From Paraphysomonas bandaiensis (taxonomy: Eukaryota > Protista > Chrysophyceae), in the NCBI GenBank assembly GCA_965644295.1, contig CBFFRP010000210.1:124001-188000 (forward strand): a stretch of 64,000 bases of DNA. Reading direction: 5' to 3'. Both the position numbers and the translations under genes were made by a program. Positions 60,269-64,000 of the stretch are shown piece by piece. Position 1 is the stretch's first letter; each line of letters starts with the position of its first letter. The notes under the pieces are model-generated. The model did not search any database and was not told the origin of the DNA. It worked only from the letters and a program-made list of their open reading frames with translations.

Positions 60269-63200
60269 ATTTTTTAAGGAAATTTCATCTCTCAATAAAC
60301 AAAGTGACGACTTTAGAGAGACAGAAACTCATGAAGCAGACAGTCAAGCAACGACTGTTCCAGAACTGGTGGATCGTCTTAGTAGTCCGGAGGAGGTACC
60401 CTTGTCAGCCCGAAAACCTCTCGCATTCGGTAAGGACGCTATTCAACCATTGAGGGCTCAGGATGATTTTTGTTCGTTTGATGCAGATGCGACAGGAGAT
60501 AGTCCATTGCATATGGACCCCTTGCCATTCAAGGAACAAAGTAACAAGGAGGCTGAGGCAAAGGAGTGTCATTATACACCCTTACCTCACGCAGGGGATG
60601 AGGCACACAATGTGCTACATTCCACCTCTGGATTGCAAGGTGTATATAACACCAGCAGACCAGACCAACTAGGTAGAGATGCGGATAGGTGTCAAATCTG
60701 TCAGCGACTCACAGATCCCAAGCGTCTCACCGCAGGAGGAATATGTTATTATTGCTCGGAAAATCAATGTATCGATTGTAAGGACCAGGTAAATTCAATG
60801 GAAATTCAGGGTGGTCTATGTTATCGATGCCGAGTAAGAAGGGGGATACTCAGATCAAAGAGACCCACCACAGACACATTAGAGAAGTGCATAATATTGG
60901 GCCATAGAAGATTGCGTCCTCGGCCAGACCTAAACGAGGACACATATATGGAGCATTTGTACCTGGATCGTGGGGCTAGAGACCCTATGGACCTAAAGAT
61001 TTCTCTTAACATCCTGCAACAGTACGCAGATCGACGGAGGGTACATACCACCAGATGGTCAAGACAGCGATACACCGCTCATATAGCAGAGCCACTGCAG
61101 CATTGGGAGCAGCAGATTTACATGGCTTGTACAGCTACTGAGGTCACTGATCGTTTACAGGACCACTTTTTTGAGCAAATGAAAATAGCAAGAGAGAGTT
61201 CTGCGGAAGATATTTCTCAGCTTGCCCAACTAGTCTTAAATCGAGGAAACGGCTTGCAATTACCATCAAATGTTCGCGAGTGGTTAAGTAGGCTGACAGT
61301 TCTTGACAATGTACATGAGTTAGTGGCTGAAGAGCACATTTACGAAACAGCGGAATTGTGTATGGTGCTGAACCAATACCTTGATATAAGAGACATGGCT
61401 GAAACTATGTGGGAGGAGGCCGATAGCCAACTAATGATGCGCTGCAACCTCCTCAGCAAACAACTCAGTCAGCAAAATAAAAAATTTGGATCTTGGGAAG
61501 AGAGGACCGTTGACTCTGACGATGAGTCATACCACTCCTTCGTCAGCAATGGTAGTCGGGGTTCCTTTGTCAGCAGAGGAAGTCGGTCAGCGGATACCAG
61601 ATCAAGTACATCCCGAGTGTTGAGTTCTAGGGGTTCAAGATCGAATTCCCGTATTTATCCAACTGAAGATGGCAGACTGCTAGACGCACAAGCATTCGGG
61701 TGTCACCTTCAACAAATTGGAGAGCAACACTGGTCACTGCTCTGTAACCAAATGCGATCGTCTAGAGCCATGCGGTTAATGTCTAAAGCATTGCCCAAAG
61801 CTACTCCATGGAGAAGAGAAGTCAAGGAGCCTACTCTCTACATGAAGACTGATGACAAGATGCGTCTAGAGAAAGATCATTCTAATCGATACCCCATTGA
61901 AAGAGGACTCCGTTTTGCTGTCCAGAAGGCACGTCAGGCCAAGATGGGGCTGAAAGATTTGGTCATACAGACAAAGAATGGTTGGTGTTTTAAGGGCGGC
62001 TTTAAAGAGGAACTGCAACGGTTGTCTTTGAATCGTGTGCCAGAGATATGGGATGACCAGGAGGATAGCCAATTAGCCACTGAATATGAATTTTGGATGC
62101 GTCGTTGGGTGCATTTCTGCCATTGGGCTATCCGTAATTATTGTCCCGTACAGACCAATGAACAGCGTGCCAAACAGATTGAGGACTGGGCTGCTCCTGA
62201 TCTCGCTACGCCTACAGCAGTTATGCAACTATATTATGAACTAAAAGAGGTAGTTGAACATAATACGCCGGATCGCCAGACGGCACAGGTGATGGAAGAA
62301 TCTATGCGCCGAGTGGTAGGAAAAGAGCCTGTTTGGGGTAAATCGTTGGTTGCAGCGTACGACAATAAGATCACAAAAATTGAAAGGGCGAAGTCGACTG
62401 AAAATTGGAGTCTATCATGGGAGGAGGTAGAATCAATCTGGCGAGAGATTCAGGAAGAATTCCAGCAGGGAACGCTGCTATACATTATACGTCCTGATGT
62501 CCAATCTAGTAAACAACCAGACACAACTAAGGGTGAGGGAGGCTTACGACGACATCACAAAGTTCATGCCGGCATACGCGAGGAACCCAAACCATCTCTC
62601 ACACCGATTGAGATTGCGAAGCTTACATGTTCACGATGTGGCCTTCGACATAGTATTAACAACGCTCAATGCCGACGCATCACGAATGGGAAATTTGACC
62701 CACTTGGATTTGTGTCTGAGACACCACGTAACATTGAAAGGAATCGAATATACAATTTTTGGTTGTCCAGATTGAATAAGTATAGCCAACCTTGGTCTCA
62801 GTTGCCTACGGCTCAGAAGGAGGAATTTCAGGCAGCATTTCGGGATTTGACTAGCCGGTGGGATGGAGGGAGTGCTTTGCATACGACATTCATTGGTGGC
62901 GAACGGAAGAAATCCAATTCCATAGCATCAAGTGTTTCTAGTACACCACAAGTACATTGGGCGGATAGTGATGATGACTCTTCTTTCTCTACACTGGATG
63001 ACTCTATACCTGCTCACAGTACAGACTCACTTTCCGGTTCACGATCTACTAAGTCAAAATCAAAACCCAAACGAAAGGTTCATGCTGCACAAAAAGTTCG
63101 ATACTTAGTGCACACTGTGACACCTAGGGATGAATCTCAAGATACATTATCCATGTTTCGTGTTCTATATGATACAGTTGATGAAACTGGTAAACCAGTA

Positions 63201-64000
63201 CAGAGAGTCGGTTGGCACCAGGTGGATCATGGCCCTATGGAGTCCTTGATCGACGAAGAGTGTGCAGCCCTCTTGAATCTTAAGCGAGTACGAATCCCAA
63301 AGAGAGACCGGTACATTATTCGGGGAATAGGTTCACAGGATATCGCTGTGAGTTGGAGAGCTTGTCTTACCTACACTGTTACTGCACAACGGGTCTTACC
63401 TGTGGCAGTGTTGCCGGGAGAGGCACCACTTTTGAACAATGCAAAAGAACAAGTTCAGTTGAAAGCATGGATACCAATTATCCCGAATTGTTCCATGAAT
63501 GTAATCTTTGGAGGGCATGCATTACGACGTATCAAAATGATTGACTTGTTTGATCATAAACTGCTGTTGTTCCAAACTAATGGTATTCAGTATGCAATGC
63601 CTCAATTCAACTGGAATGAGACTGTTACGCAAATGGCATCAGCTCAGGACCCTGTGGTACAGAAATGTGTTGCACGCCATCTCCGTGAAAACAAACCTCA
63701 ACCTCACAAGGCTGCAGTCTGCATATCGAAACATATCCCACCGCATTCTAAGATGCGGATTCCTGTTCAAGTGGGCAAGGGTGCTCCGTTAGGTGGATGG
63801 ATACAGACTCAGCCAGAGGTTGCAAGGATTAATTCAGGTGATGATGCTAATGAGCCCGTCTTACAATTTGAAGATGCTATTTGTACGGCGAACAGACCTT
63901 ATATATGGGCTTCTAATCATACCGATGATTGGATCCATCTACCGGGTAGACCGCGTTTAGTTGTACGACTTCAACCCATATTATTGGGGATGCAGGTTCA
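60087..64000 (+). CDS. Gypsy-type gag-pro polyprotein, >1304 aa, open at the window end (absent from the ORF track)
   Basis: Manual translation from ATG 60087 shows no stop to 63998. It contains 4xCxxC (60690-60830), knuckle CSRCGLRHSINNAQC (62628-62672), protease-like QVDHGPMESLI..VIFGGHAL (63219-63524), then an IPPHS..NHTDDWIHL dUTPase-like remnant. Confidence 0.88.
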   Translation, partial: MEEETLDSAQESTKFESVRRTLRLMLGGLDPSIANASEDQIRDIGLAFGLSEIESETLVSQFFKEISSLNKQSDDFRETETHEADSQATTVPELVDRLSSPEEVPLSARKPLAFGKDAIQPLRAQDDFCSFDADATGDSPLHMDPLPFKEQSNKEAEAKECHYTPLPHAGDEAHNVLHSTSGLQGVYNTSRPDQLGRDADRCQICQRLTDPKRLTAGGICYYCSENQCIDCKDQVNSMEIQGGLCYRCRVRRGILRSKRPTTDTLEKCIILGHRRLRPRPDLNEDTYMEHLYLDRGARDPMDLKISLNILQQYADRRRVHTTRWSRQRYTAHIAEPLQHWEQQIYMACTATEVTDRLQDHFFEQMKIARESSAEDISQLAQLVLNRGNGLQLPSNVREWLSRLTVLDNVHELVAEEHIYETAELCMVLNQYLDIRDMAETMWEEADSQLMMRCNLLSKQLSQQNKKFGSWEERTVDSDDESYHSFVSNGSRGSFVSRGSRSADTRSSTSRVLSSRGSRSNSRIYPTEDGRLLDAQAFGCHLQQIGEQHWSLLCNQMRSSRAMRLMSKALPKATPWRREVKEPTLYMKTDDKMRLEKDHSNRYPIERGLRFAVQKARQAKMGLKDLVIQTKNGWCFKGGFKEELQRLSLNRVPEIWDDQEDSQLATEYEFWMRRWVHFCHWAIRNYCPVQTNEQRAKQIEDWAAPDLATPTAVMQLYYELKEVVEHNTPDRQTAQVMEESMRRVVGKEPVWGKSLVAAYDNKITKIERAKSTENWSLSWEEVESIWREIQEEFQQGTLLYIIRPDVQSSKQPDTTKGEGGLRRHHKVHAGIREEPKPSLTPIEIAKLTCSRCGLRHSINNAQCRRITNGKFDPLGFVSETPRNIERNRIYNFWLSRLNKYSQPWSQLPTAQKEEFQAAFRDLTSRWDGGSALHTTFIGGERKKSNSIASSVSSTPQVHWADSDDDSSFSTLDDSIPAHSTDSLSGSRSTKSKSKPKRKVHAAQKVRYLVHTVTPRDESQDTLSMFRVLYDTVDETGKPVQRVGWHQVDHGPMESLIDEECAALLNLKRVRIPKRDRYIIRGIGSQDIAVSWRACLTYTVTAQRVLPVAVLPGEAPLLNNAKEQVQLKAWIPIIPNCSMNVIFGGHALRRIKMIDLFDHKLLLFQTNGIQYAMPQFNWNETVTQMASAQDPVVQKCVARHLRENKPQPHKAAVCISKHIPPHSKMRIPVQVGKGAPLGGWIQTQPEVARINSGDDANEPVLQFEDAICTANRPYIWASNHTDDWIHLPGRPRLVVRLQPILLGMQV

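Overview
This is eukaryotic nuclear DNA: AT-rich, standard code, with short 52-123 bp GT-AG introns. A stramenopile-like protist origin is an inference only. About half of the window is nested transposable elements. (1) A 4.6-kb tandem array of a non-autonomous Gypsy derivative (2331-6940, TSD GTGT) and the 5' end of its probable autonomous relative (59393 to the window end). The relative carries a >1300-codon ORF that is missing from the ORF track. (2) A complete chromodomain Gypsy (27302-32854) and a solo LTR, both nested in an older gag that is now fused to a Copia RT. (3) A Copia-type element with CG...CG LTR termini (33757-38248). (4) A decayed Gypsy pol, Copia fragments, and nested hAT elements/MITEs. 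Host genes between the elements are an NDUFB10-like subunit, an EF-hand two-pore K+ channel with odd filters, an F-box-like/ankyrin gene, a Rost-like membrane protein, an 883-aa secreted Cys-rich protein, a GBP-like GTPase, a KMO 5' fragment and a C2H2/3CxxC pseudogene. The main discovery candidate is tRNA-independent (self-primed) reverse transcription. Neither of two unrelated LTR families has a TGG-type tRNA PBS, and in both the PBS position is complementary to a segment inside the element's own LTR. One family is Gypsy and shows compensatory base changes between relatives. The other is a Copia-type element with a 15-16 nt perfect match.
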